This document shows positions 29,667 through 39,196 of a stretch of 64,000 nt of DNA, in pieces. The DNA is from Candidatus Bathyarchaeota archaeon (GTDB lineage: Archaea > Thermoproteota > Bathyarchaeia > Bathyarchaeales > Bathycorpusculaceae), in NCBI GenBank assembly GCA_963767735.1, contig CAVYES010000003.1, positions 66,986 to 130,985 of the forward strand, given 5' to 3'. The notes under the pieces are model-generated. The model ran no database searches, was not told the origin of the DNA, and saw nothing but the letters and a program-made list of their open reading frames with translations. Within the stretch, counting starts at the first letter, position 1. The number at the start of each line of letters is the position of its first letter. Both the position numbers and the translations under genes were made by a program.

Positions 29667-31298
29667 CTATTTGATAGTCTTAGCAGCGATTCTGATTATT
29701 ATAAAAATAAGAATTGAAGACACTTGTTTATGGAATTCCTTTATGTCTAGATCCCCATGAGCAAGTCTGTTTCTAAAGTTGATCGCATCCCCTTCAACTA
29801 GGAATAACTTCATGAAATACTGAAAGTCTCTCCCGAAATTTGCCTCAACTTCTTTTAGATTTAGTAGCCCACCCAACTCTCTACTCTGGATAACTTTCCC
29901 TTCAATACTTGAGACATCAGCACCAATTCCCTTCAAATAATTAAATATAGTTGCTTCAATCATTGGAACTAGAATTGATATTGAAGCCACATAATCACCG
30001 TTAAAATGGTGATAAATACCGAAATCAGCGATTTCTAGTATATTGTTATCGATGCAGGAACATCGGGATAAAAACTCTTCAATCATAGATACTGAAAACC
30101 GACCTCTCTCTTCAAGACTATCAGTTATTTCACTAACGAACCAAATAGTCTCTCTTAGACCGGGTATCAGTTGTTCGTTCAGTTGAGACCTTTCTTTGTC
30201 TTCGCCTGGTTCCACCTGAATAATCTTATGTCCCGTATCGAGTATAGTATTAAAGATACTTAACAGTGGACTATTTTTTGCTATATCTTTCGCTAATTTT
30301 TCGCTCTCAGCAACGTTGAGTGCGATTAGTCTGGGTTCATTCGCCAAATTCATCAAAATTGAGATTGAATCAGTTTGGCTTAATTTATCAACGTATTTTC
30401 CGATTACTTTTTCTAGTTTCTCATAATGTTGTTTAGCTGCCTTTTCAAACTCTTCCAATTGCTCTTTAGGCAAAGTTATTTCTTTAAGCTCGCTGGAAAA
30501 ATCAGTCTCGGACAGCATTGATTTTATTTCTTCAGTCTTTTCTTTGTTACCAAAGCGAACACTGCAATCCAACGCCGACTCAAGAATTGCAAACTTAATT
30601 AGGTTGCTTCCTTTTCCCTTCAAATTCGCCTCTTCGATCCATTTCTCGAGGATTCTATTTTGAAATTTCTCGATATCAGCATCGCTTTTTAGAAAACGAG
30701 CTAAATCAACTGCATCAAATAGAAATGACCTTTGAAAATGGTGGGGGTCTTCACCTAACTTCCTTTCAGAGAAATCAAGGGCAGTTTCAATTACCTTTTG
30801 GGTATTCGCTTTCTCAGAACAAAGAAGCAGATTCTTGTAGAGTTCAATGAGACGCGATACTGTTATAGTAGGTACGGAATCTTTTTTGGAGTCTAAATAC
30901 CTAACTATCCTACCTGAAATTTCTTTCAGTTCTTTTAACTGGTTATAAGTTTTGTAAATATAAATCGCATTTTCAAGAGAGCAAACAAAAGTCGATAGCC
31001 AGTTCTTTTCTAATGACAGTTTTTCCATTTGCTCGAATTTCTCAGCTGAACCAACACCCTTTTTGAAGTTTTTCTCTATCTTTGACTCTCCAAAGAGTCT
31101 GATCGCCTCGAAAAAAGGACTCCTTTGTAGGTCAATCGTTTTCAAAGTATCCAATCGGCCTTGCCATAGGTCTTTATTTTCTTCTCTTTTAAAAAAAGAC
31201 AAATAGTGACTATCTGCCATCATTGTTAAGTGGAAATCTTTCGTTGAGTCAGCTTCGGCGTCTTCAAGCGCTTGAATTAGAAAATGCTTCTCTGACAT
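29667..31298 (-). CDS. DUF4209/HEPN-like domain protein with a long helical N-terminal region
   Basis: C-terminal ILVPMIE...ELGGLL...INFRNRLAHG (RxxxxH). AT-rich relative to neighbours. Start taken at MSEKHF; the ORF is open to 31400. Confidence 0.72.
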   Translation of the reverse strand: MSEKHFLIQALEDAEADSTKDFHLTMMADSHYLSFFKREENKDLWQGRLDTLKTIDLQRSPFFEAIRLFGESKIEKNFKKGVGSAEKFEQMEKLSLEKNWLSTFVCSLENAIYIYKTYNQLKELKEISGRIVRYLDSKKDSVPTITVSRLIELYKNLLLCSEKANTQKVIETALDFSERKLGEDPHHFQRSFLFDAVDLARFLKSDADIEKFQNRILEKWIEEANLKGKGSNLIKFAILESALDCSVRFGNKEKTEEIKSMLSETDFSSELKEITLPKEQLEEFEKAAKQHYEKLEKVIGKYVDKLSQTDSISILMNLANEPRLIALNVAESEKLAKDIAKNSPLLSIFNTILDTGHKIIQVEPGEDKERSQLNEQLIPGLRETIWFVSEITDSLEERGRFSVSMIEEFLSRCSCIDNNILEIADFGIYHHFNGDYVASISILVPMIEATIFNYLKGIGADVSSIEGKVIQSRELGGLLNLKEVEANFGRDFQYFMKLFLVEGDAINFRNRLAHGDLDIKEFHKQVSSILIFIIIRIAAKTIK

Positions 31299-31501
31299 GA
31301 TAACCAAGCCATAATAGGTTGCATCCTCAAGAAAAACTTTTTGAGTCCAAGAAAGTCTGCCAGACTCATGGAAATAAACATCCTGAGACCAAAGGGTCAA
31401 CAGGAAATGAAATCCGTAGCACCATCGTGCGGATGAGAAGTAAGAGCTTGATCACTAGATAATTTTAGAGCAAGTTGTATTCTCTGAACTTTTTTGCGCA
31501 A

Positions 31502-31610
31502 AAAAGATTTCGTCAGTATATGTTGAGGATATCGAGGTACGATGAAGCTGAAAGCGGGGAATTAGTGCTGGAGGCTTGTGAAGTCTTTTTCCGCTATTGA
31601 ATCCAAACAA
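31502..31610 (+). repeat. ~110-bp repeat, full copy on the right of the HEPN-like gene
   Basis: aaaagatttcgtcagtatatgttgaggatatcgaggtacgatgaagctgaaagcgggga...gctggaggcttgtgaagtctttttccgctattga. Confidence 0.88.
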
Positions 31611-31736
31611 AAATATCCCCTTCTACTGAAAATATCAAAACATATTTTTGATTATGAAAAAAGAAGGGTCTCGAATTAATTTTTTAGTTAAAAAAATAAG
31701 GTTTCAATAAAGAAAGGAAGCTGAGTAGGTTATTGT

Positions 31737-31961
31737 TTAGTATGGTTCTTTTTTCCCGGACATGTATGCCCAAGCGCCGACTATCGCAACTGTTAAGCAT
31801 GCTCCTGCAAATCCTGAAATCAGGAAGCTTGTCATACCGCCAAGCAATGGCAAAACTGCAATCATCCATGGGATAACAAAGACTGCTGTAACTTGTGCTA
31901 TTATGCCTGCTACGAAACCTAAAACAGCTATTACACCAAATATTTTCAATCTACTGTTCAT
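31737..31961 (-). CDS. Small membrane protein with 2 transmembrane helices, divergent from the cdv cluster
   Basis: 74 aa, two long hydrophobic segments, and an aggtga Shine-Dalgarno-like element upstream. Confidence 0.7.
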   Translation of the reverse strand: MNSRLKIFGVIAVLGFVAGIIAQVTAVFVIPWMIAVLPLLGGMTSFLISGFAGACLTVAIVGAWAYMSGKKEPY

Positions 31962-32097
31962 TCAATTCACCTTTTTGTTTTAGCATTTACTTGGCGCTTC
32001 TTTTTAGGCTAACTTACATGTTTTTGTCTAAACAGTTTAGCGCTCCTATCGCCTTTGACTCTTCCATTTAAAGCATACGACGATTTTTTACGTGACA

Positions 32098-32115
32098 TAT
32101 AGCTGTACAGCTATA
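32098..32115. promoter_or_regulatory. Perfect 18-bp palindrome in the cdv promoter region
   Basis: tatagctgtacagctata equals its own reverse complement and lies 72 bp upstream of the first ESCRT-III start. Confidence 0.6.
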
Positions 32116-32187
32116 CGTGCATATCTTGATCATATTAACAATGTATAAGATTGTACACAGCATTTCTGTCTTCAGAGGTAATCAAAA

Positions 32188-32853
32188 TTGTCCGAAAGTT
32201 TCGCAAAAAAGTGGGAAAGTAAACGGGAAGATGAGCCCTTCTCAAACCGCATTAAAGACGCCGTAAAACCACCGGGACCATTGAAGCCACGACTAGACTT
32301 TGCCGTCAGGCGCATTGATCTCCAAGTACAGAAGCTTGACCAAGCCACAGACCGATTCAGCCAAAGAGACAAAGCAATTTTCGCAAGAATAGTTGACGCA
32401 TATGCAAAACATGACAGCGCACGCGCAAACGTATTTGCCAACGAATTAGCTGAAGTTCGAAAAATGTCAAAGTTAATAATGAATGCTAAACTTGCACTTG
32501 AACAAATTACATTAAGGTTACGAACAGTTTCAGAACTGGGTGACGTAGTATCAACATTAGGCCCAGCCGTCGGAGTTCTACGTTCAGTCAAAGCGGGCTT
32601 AGTGAGTGTGTTTCCAGAAGCAGAGAGCGAACTGGGCGAAATTGGCAACATGTTAAGCGGAATCATGATCGAAGCAGGCCAAGGTAGTGGAATGACACTA
32701 AACTTTGACACAGTAAACGAGGACGCATCAAAAATTCTCACAGAAGCAGCAACCGTTGCAGAGCAGAAGATAAAAGACAAGTTCCCAGATCTGCCCCCGG
32801 GAATGCCATCGACTTCAGGCTCACAAACCGAAAAATCAACACAGAGTTTCTAA
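32188..32853 (+). CDS. cdvB: ESCRT-III/Snf7 homologue (CdvB1/B2-like, no winged helix)
   Basis: Snf7 core ARANVFANELAEVRKM...LALEQITLRLRTVSELGD and a C-terminal MIM2-like FPDLPP. Confidence 0.9.
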   Translation: MSESFAKKWESKREDEPFSNRIKDAVKPPGPLKPRLDFAVRRIDLQVQKLDQATDRFSQRDKAIFARIVDAYAKHDSARANVFANELAEVRKMSKLIMNAKLALEQITLRLRTVSELGDVVSTLGPAVGVLRSVKAGLVSVFPEAESELGEIGNMLSGIMIEAGQGSGMTLNFDTVNEDASKILTEAATVAEQKIKDKFPDLPPGMPSTSGSQTEKSTQSF

Positions 32854-32874
32854 AACAGGAGGAAAACAACAAAC

Positions 32875-33589
32875 ATGTCTAACTCCAATCTTTTTCTTTA
32901 TATTGGTAAACCTATTAAAAACGAGTATGGTCGTATAATTGGTAAAGTTGCATCTTTCGCATTAACACCGAGCGGGAAATTTGACGCTGTATACGTCGAA
33001 TTTGGCGACGGTCAATTCACAAAACAGCCCTTGGAAACCTTGAAATTTAATGGTGCTGAAGTCACGTTCGTTTCAAAAATTAAGAACCAAGCGGGTGTAC
33101 TTTGTGACCAAATTCCTCTCATATGGCGTAAAGACCAGGCTTTAAAAGATTTATGTGACAAGAAAAAAATCGCGCCTGAACTCTTTCAGGAGCTTCACAA
33201 CAGCTTCACCAGCGTTTTAACTCAACTGAAGAAGGACGCCCAAATCATTGTTGACGAATCTGGCATAGAAATTGTACGCTGCCAAGAAGAAATATCATCG
33301 CTCAGCTATGCCATTGTTAACCTTGAAATTGAGCACGAAATAGGCAAAGTGGATGAAGAAAGCTACAAGAATGCTTTTGCACTTCTGCAAGAAACATTTA
33401 AACGTGCCACTTTAGAAAAAACCGATTTCGAGTTGACAAAAAGCAAAGTTTCAAGCGTATCTGCTAGGCGACTCACAAGACATTATGCAGAAATCTAAAA
33501 CTTACGCTGAACAAGTAAGTGTTGCCCAGAAACTGCCTGAACCTCCAGTGGTTGTCTACGTTAAAGAGATTGGGAAAGCTGGCATATAA
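32875..33589 (+). CDS. cdvA: Cell division protein CdvA with a +1 frameshift near 33460
   Basis: N-terminal PRC barrel (YIGKPIKNEYGRIIGKV) and coiled coil with IGKVDEESY. The shifted frame gives ...KLPEPPVVVYVKEIGKAGI*. Confidence 0.88.
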
Positions 33590-33636
33590 TAATAGCCAAA
33601 CAAAGTGAAAAATATCGTTCAGTGGAGGAGTAAGAT

Positions 33637-34536
33637 ATGAAAAGTTTAAGCTTAATTAATCAAACTCCTCCGCCTATACGTGACGTCGCAAACAAGTCTA
33701 TCACCACTCTTAAGGTTCAGCAAAACAAGCTGGAGCAAGCGAGTTTTCGATTAAAAGAGCGAGACCGTATACTTTTTGAAAGTTGCATGGGTGCCCTGAA
33801 AAAGAATAATAGAGAAAAGGCCGCGATTTGCGCTACTGAGCTTGCTGAAGTCCGAAAGCTTGTAAAGTTTCTCTATAATGTTCAGTTAGCTATTGAACGA
33901 GTGATTCTGCGTCTTGAAACAATAAAAGAGCTAGGCGAAATTGTTTCGGATTTGAAGCCTGCATTGCGGCTGCTTCAGAATGTTTCCCAAGAGCTATTTC
34001 AGGTCTTACCTGATGTTAGCTCAGAACTCGATAACGTTAATTCCACAATCCAAGAGACGCTTCACGCAACAAAGCTCTCAGCAAACGAAGAGTTGATTCC
34101 AGTTGGCAAGAAGACCGAAGGCGGCGAAGAGATACTAAAAGAAGTTACATGCTTCATGCAGCAAAAAATAGCTGAAACTCTTCCAGAGCCACCCACCGTT
34201 TCACCGGTGAAAGAGAAGACGCCGATTAAGGAGCTCGTTGCTCTCACTGCCAGTTCTTCACAGATGATTGGCCATAAAACTACGGAAGAAACCGGATTTG
34301 ATCCATCAACAACTATATTCTCCTACAAGAAGTCTGAAATCAAAGAGTTCTCGTTGAAGGTTGAGAAGCCTTGCTTGGAAGACGTGCTTCTTGATTATGT
34401 CCGCAAGACTAATGGTGAGGTAGATTTAAGCCGCTGTTCAAATGAACTGCAAACTTCCAATGAAGAAATTGAGCGTGCCCTTGAAAGTTTAGGAACAAAG
34501 GGCAAAATAAAAATTGAGTTAAAATCGCCTGAATAG
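33637..34536 (+). CDS. cdvB: ESCRT-III CdvB with MIM2 and C-terminal winged helix
   Basis: Snf7 core (CATELAEVRKL...LAIERVILRLETIKELG), LPEPP, and winged helix LLDYVRKTNGEVDLSRCSNEL...LGTKGKI. Confidence 0.9.
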   Translation: MKSLSLINQTPPPIRDVANKSITTLKVQQNKLEQASFRLKERDRILFESCMGALKKNNREKAAICATELAEVRKLVKFLYNVQLAIERVILRLETIKELGEIVSDLKPALRLLQNVSQELFQVLPDVSSELDNVNSTIQETLHATKLSANEELIPVGKKTEGGEEILKEVTCFMQQKIAETLPEPPTVSPVKEKTPIKELVALTASSSQMIGHKTTEETGFDPSTTIFSYKKSEIKEFSLKVEKPCLEDVLLDYVRKTNGEVDLSRCSNELQTSNEEIERALESLGTKGKIKIELKSPE

Positions 34537-34548
34537 GAGAAGAAAAAA

Positions 34549-35742
34549 ATGAGCGCCTCGAATGAACTAGAAAAAGCAGCGACAGCGTATGCTTTAGATG
34601 CTGTACGGTTAGATAAGCAAGGACAGAAAGGAAGAGCCATAACTCTCTATCAAAAAGCAATTGAGAGTCTCTTGCAGCTTGTTCAGCTTTACCCCGAATA
34701 TGGTTTAAACAAAGTTTACGTTCAAAGAGCAATTGCTTACCAAGAACGAATCAAAGCATTGCAAGGAGCTGTTTCGTCAACTGAAATGAACGAAGCCTCC
34801 AACAACGACGGTGACGGCGGCGGAGGAGCAACGATGGATGGCAACGGTGCTGGAAACGGAAATGGGAAACCGAACGGTGAGGAGCTCGTAATCACAGAGA
34901 AACCTAAAGTAAACTGGGCTGAAGTTGTAGGCTTAGATACAGCCAAAAAAGCCGTTAAAGAAGCCATCGTTTATCCGGTTCAAAGACCCGACCTGTTCCC
35001 GTTGGGCTGGCCAAGAGGTATACTGCTTTTTGGTCCACCTGGCTGTGGTAAAACTCTGTTAGCGGCGGCGGTTGCAACGGAGATTGATGCTAACTTCTAC
35101 TCTATCGATGCAGCCTCCATCATGTCCAAGTGGCTTGGAGAAGCTGAGCAGAACGTCGCTAAATTGTTCGGTTCAGCCCGCAAATCCTCAAACGAGGGCA
35201 AACCAGCCATCGTGTTTGTTGACGAATTAGACTCGCTAATGGGGGCTCATTCCAATGAGGTCGGCGGAGAAATTCGCGTCCGCAACCAGTTCCTAAAAGA
35301 AATGGACGGCATTGTTGACAAGGGCAAAGCTCTACACGTTTACGTTATCGGCGCCACGAATAAGCCTTGGGATTTGGATTGGGCATTTATTAGGCGATTC
35401 CAGAAAAGAATTCTTGTACCCTTAGCTGACCATTCTACTCGATTGAGTATGCTAAAGCTTTACTCAAGCAATCTGCAGATCGATCCAAGCGTGGACTTAG
35501 ATGAGTTAGCTCGTCTTGCAGAGGGATTCTCAGGAAGCGATATACGAGATGTTTGCCAGTCTGCTCAGCTAAAACTTATCGGAGAATTCTTCGAGTCAGG
35601 CCAAGCAATGGATAAAGAGGCTAAGCCAAGAGCTTTAACAATGACTGATTTCCGCCAAATCCTAGAAGACCGCAAACCAAGCGTCTCCTTAGACATGCTG
35701 TCACAGTATAACAGGTGGTTCGAGGCTTTCAAAGCCTTGTAA
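34549..35742 (+). CDS. cdvC: Vps4-like AAA ATPase CdvC
   Basis: N-terminal MIT domain, GPPGCGKT, SKWLGE, FVDELD, GATNKPW and RRFQKR. Confidence 0.95.
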   Translation: MSASNELEKAATAYALDAVRLDKQGQKGRAITLYQKAIESLLQLVQLYPEYGLNKVYVQRAIAYQERIKALQGAVSSTEMNEASNNDGDGGGGATMDGNGAGNGNGKPNGEELVITEKPKVNWAEVVGLDTAKKAVKEAIVYPVQRPDLFPLGWPRGILLFGPPGCGKTLLAAAVATEIDANFYSIDAASIMSKWLGEAEQNVAKLFGSARKSSNEGKPAIVFVDELDSLMGAHSNEVGGEIRVRNQFLKEMDGIVDKGKALHVYVIGATNKPWDLDWAFIRRFQKRILVPLADHSTRLSMLKLYSSNLQIDPSVDLDELARLAEGFSGSDIRDVCQSAQLKLIGEFFESGQAMDKEAKPRALTMTDFRQILEDRKPSVSLDMLSQYNRWFEAFKAL

Positions 35743-35774
35743 CACAGAAGGGAAAAAAACAAAAACCAAAACAA

Positions 35775-35860
35775 TGGGTTGGGTGGAAAGGTTTGGAGAA
35801 ATTATATTTTTTGCTCGCTCCCCCTTCTCCCCTCAAACTATCTCCAAACCCCACAACCCA
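35775..35860 (+). terminator. Long imperfect hairpin followed by T-rich runs downstream of cdvC
   Basis: tgggttg..ggtttggaga pairs with tctccaaacc..caaccca, followed by tttcttctttttt. Confidence 0.35.
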
Positions 35861-36301
35861 ATAAAATTTCTTCTTTTTTTCTTGTTAATTTTGTCTTTTA
35901 CCCCGCGTTTGGTACGTGCTCAAGCCTCCTTTCAGTCTGCTATATGCTTTTATTTTGAGACCGCGTGAAAATTCAGCGGTCTGAAATTTTTTATCAAGAG
36001 AAGAAGAAGCGGGGAAAAACCGTTTTTCTTCCTCCAACAATCCAAGCGGTAATCGTACAAATTGATTGCTCTAATGAGCATTTATGCCTAAGAGGGCTTA
36101 TTTGTCAGGCTTATCTCAAGTTCTCACAGGCTCAATAGGCTTCAATGTGATTCGATAAGTCAACATAGACCAATGCCTGGACTTAACATACGCATTTTTC
36201 TGATGAAGACTTTTTCTGCGACTTTTAGGGTGAATTTTGAAAAACTGTTTTATACTACAAAGCACTTTTGATGAGGTTTGTAGGGTGAGGGGCAAAGTTT
36301 C

Positions 36302-37291
36302 ATGAGGAAAAGTACGGTTTATTCCTTCGTTGTGTTGGCCCTGCTGTCTTTGGGCATGGTTTTAGTTCCGCCGGCATTTAGCCAAACACAAGACATCAAG
36401 GTCATAAAATACAGCTATTATATTGACTCATTGGGCTATTTAGATGTGGTCGGGTTAGTTCAAAATGTAGGTCCTAACACGGTAAGCTCAGTTCTTTTGA
36501 CGGGTTCAGTGATCTCTAAGGGCGTGGACCAAGGTGATTCTGAGACTCAAGCTTTTGTGTCATATCTAGCTCCGAATCAGGAAGCCCCCTTTTACATGGA
36601 GTTTCCACAGCCCAACACCCCCAACGAATCTTGGTTTTCGGTAGACGTCACGAGTATTAACCTCAAAGTTGCCTCGGCGACCCCGACAAGCAGCTATCAA
36701 TACCCAGACTTAAAAATCGCAAGCAGCTTTGATTATGTTGATAGCACTTTAGCTACCAAAGGTACTTACTGGGTCAACGGCACCATTCAAAATACAGGCA
36801 GCCAAACAGCTCAAAACATGACGGTGGTTGCCGCCTTTTTCAACTCTACCGGTACCGTGGTCGCAGTAGGATACACAGATTTCCTACTTCCGGTCTCTCT
36901 AGCTCCCTCTAAAACGGTCCCATTCCAAATTGGCGCATTTGACATAAATCAGACTGGCATAGATACAGCTCAAAAAATCACAAGCTATCAACTACTAGTT
37001 CAGACTCTGGAGCCAATTCTTTCGGGCGCACCAATATACACTGCGTCTCCAGTCTCTGAAAGCTCTCCATCTCCCGGTGCTACAGCCTCTCCATCTTTAA
37101 GTGCTACAGCTCCTCCGTCAACTTCATCATCGCCCGTCGCTGTCAAGTCCAATACTTCCTTCAACCCAGAGGTAATCTATGCAGTAGTCATTGTGGTAAT
37201 CCTTATCGCTGTAGCGGGAGCCATAATAGTGCTAAGAAAAAGTAAGCCTCCTCAGACAGTAAAACAGGCGAAAAAAGCAGGGAAAAAATAG
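36302..37291 (+). CDS. Membrane-anchored surface protein with two FxLYD-like beta domains
   Basis: Signal peptide, VVGLVQNVG and VNGTIQNTG domains with LAP..PF ends, Ser/Pro linker, C-terminal transmembrane helix and basic tail. Confidence 0.75.
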   Translation: MRKSTVYSFVVLALLSLGMVLVPPAFSQTQDIKVIKYSYYIDSLGYLDVVGLVQNVGPNTVSSVLLTGSVISKGVDQGDSETQAFVSYLAPNQEAPFYMEFPQPNTPNESWFSVDVTSINLKVASATPTSSYQYPDLKIASSFDYVDSTLATKGTYWVNGTIQNTGSQTAQNMTVVAAFFNSTGTVVAVGYTDFLLPVSLAPSKTVPFQIGAFDINQTGIDTAQKITSYQLLVQTLEPILSGAPIYTASPVSESSPSPGATASPSLSATAPPSTSSSPVAVKSNTSFNPEVIYAVVIVVILIAVAGAIIVLRKSKPPQTVKQAKKAGKK

Positions 37292-37374
37292 CATTGTATT
37301 GTTGAATTTGGCGCTTGCATTTACCTCGGATGCTAGACCAGCTTGGGAAACGTGCGACTGTTTAAATATTTCTT

Positions 37375-38250
37375 GTGCACACTGGTTTGTTTATGAGCTT
37401 TAGACCTCAAACTGGTGCGCGCCGAAACGCTGGCCGACAATTCTCAAAGTCTGAGCATGATAAGAAAGCGAAAGAAAAAAAGCAGCGGTCTAGCGGCAAG
37501 TATCTGGGAGAAGAAACCGAGGTTTCTGGTAAAGACGCTGTTGAAAAAACTCTGGGCAGCTTAAGCAGGTTTGGTAATCAAATTTTTGCCCTTTCACCTT
37601 TCAGCCAATATTTCGATGATTGGCTCATGCATTTGCGTCAAATGATTTCTGAGTTCGAGTCAAATCCAGCCATAACTGTTGACGACCAATTTGTTTTGGA
37701 ACGTTCTCAGATTTTTCTTGACGTTGAAGGTGTGCTTGCTGAAAAGAAGCTTCAAGAAACAAACCTCACCGGCGAAGCAAAGGAGCTAGCAGACAACAAC
37801 CACCTTCTGGTCGAAACCGATAAAGAATATGCTGAAAAAACAAGAGAAATAAGCATCAAAAGAAACTCGGAGGTTCAACGCTTAAGCACTGAAATCCGCG
37901 GGCTAGAGGATGAAGTGGCTGGTCAGGAAGAAATTAAAATCAGATTTTACAAAGTGAACGCTCGAAAAAAAGCCGCGGAAAAACTTGTCCAGACAAGACA
38001 GGCATTAAAGTCCGCAAAGAACGAGTTAGAAGTCACATTGCAGAGCTTCACTGCGGATCAAGAGAAACTGCATGACTTTTACGAGAAAAAGAAACAAGAA
38101 ATTACGGAAAGAGTAGATGCTTTGCATAAAGAACTTGAAAAACTCGAAACCGACACATCCTTAGGCACAAGACAAACAGCATGCAACGCACTGGCTAACG
38201 CAATAAATGCTCTTCTTCAAAGAAAACCTCTACCGCCTGAAAATCCGTAG
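37375..38250 (+). CDS. Long coiled-coil hypothetical protein
   Basis: 291-aa E/K-rich heptad protein with a basic N-terminus. Likely start is MSFRPQ at 37393. Confidence 0.7.
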   Translation: MHTGLFMSFRPQTGARRNAGRQFSKSEHDKKAKEKKQRSSGKYLGEETEVSGKDAVEKTLGSLSRFGNQIFALSPFSQYFDDWLMHLRQMISEFESNPAITVDDQFVLERSQIFLDVEGVLAEKKLQETNLTGEAKELADNNHLLVETDKEYAEKTREISIKRNSEVQRLSTEIRGLEDEVAGQEEIKIRFYKVNARKKAAEKLVQTRQALKSAKNELEVTLQSFTADQEKLHDFYEKKKQEITERVDALHKELEKLETDTSLGTRQTACNALANAINALLQRKPLPPENP

Positions 38251-38315
38251 ACAAATTAACGGGCAAAGCTAACTGAAAGGTTAACCTACTTCAAACTTGT
38301 TTGCACTTGTACTTG

Positions 38316-38696
38316 TTATTCCTGACCCATCAAGCTTCTTAGCGATTGAGCCTCTTCTCGTAATGAGGCAACCTCACTTTCTAAAGCAGTGGCTTTTTCA
38401 TCTACCTTTTTTTGAAGTTCGGCAATTTCAAGTAAAAGATTTTTTTCTTCGGCTTTTAAATTTTTTAATCTGTCAACTGTGTCTTTGAGGCTAATCAAGG
38501 CCACATTAAACTTTAATCCCGCATCATCTTTCTCTAAACTTGACAGTGACATAGACCTGTAATTTCTCTCTTCTTCTACTCGCTGTTTCAGGTAAGCTCT
38601 AGTATGCTCCAAAAACTTTGTTTTTTGGCTGTCAGAGAGCTCAAGCAAATTAACTGGCCTTTCATCCATTTCTATTTCACCATGTCTAAGAAACAC
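38316..38696 (-). CDS. Small coiled-coil protein carrying the shared LLLEI.EL..KATALESEV module
   Basis: C-terminal half is paralogous to 43570-43782 and to the tail of the 39197-43052 protein. Confidence 0.7.
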   Translation of the reverse strand: MFLRHGEIEMDERPVNLLELSDSQKTKFLEHTRAYLKQRVEEERNYRSMSLSSLEKDDAGLKFNVALISLKDTVDRLKNLKAEEKNLLLEIAELQKKVDEKATALESEVASLREEAQSLRSLMGQE

Positions 38697-38793
38697 TGTT
38701 TATTAATTAATGGCTTATTTCACCAGCACAATATATCCAAATTTGAAACATCTTCCTACGATAAAGTGCGAAGATGCCCAGAATAGAAGAACC

Positions 38794-39027
38794 TTAGCGT
38801 GGGCTTTTGTTTGATTGTTTTAGAAGCCATAATTCTTCTTTTGTATTTTCTAATTCAGCGTTTAAGTATTTGACAAGTTCTATTGTAAAACGAATTTCCC
38901 TTTTTTTACAAAATATTGTGTTTTCAGGTGATTGGGCTTGGTTCTTTTTCACTTCATCTAAATCTTGTTGTATTTTTTTTAGGTATTGTATCCTTAATGC
39001 TTCCTTTGTTGCAAGATTTTCACTCAT
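38794..39027 (-). CDS. Small helical hypothetical protein
   Basis: 77-aa ATG-started amphipathic ORF, co-oriented with both neighbours. Confidence 0.5.
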   Translation of the reverse strand: MSENLATKEALRIQYLKKIQQDLDEVKKNQAQSPENTIFCKKREIRFTIELVKYLNAELENTKEELWLLKQSNKSPR

Positions 39028-39196
39028 ACAGTTTTCAACCCCTAATCACAGTAGCAAGTATTTTAATTTTACATTTTCTAAAAAGCATGTTTTTTCAAGC
39101 GCTTGCCGTTCAAACTTTAGGTTAACCATAACTTTTGAACACAAATCTTAAAGGAAATATAAATTACCTTACTCTTTATTGCTTGAAAGGTGTAGA

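Noticed and set aside
32172-32780. 202-aa minus-strand ORF over cdvB, and similar long antisense ORFs over pyrK, the DHPS-like gene and the moa genes
   Set aside because: They fully overlap well-supported genes on the opposite strand and show no recognisable motifs.
34801-34880. Low-complexity GGC/AAC-rich stretch in cdvC
   Set aside because: It encodes the flexible Gly/Asn linker between the MIT and AAA domains, which is expected.
32188-35742. Cdv/ESCRT cluster as a novel system
   Set aside because: CdvABC-type clusters are established in TACK archaea. Only specific sub-features are reported as findings.
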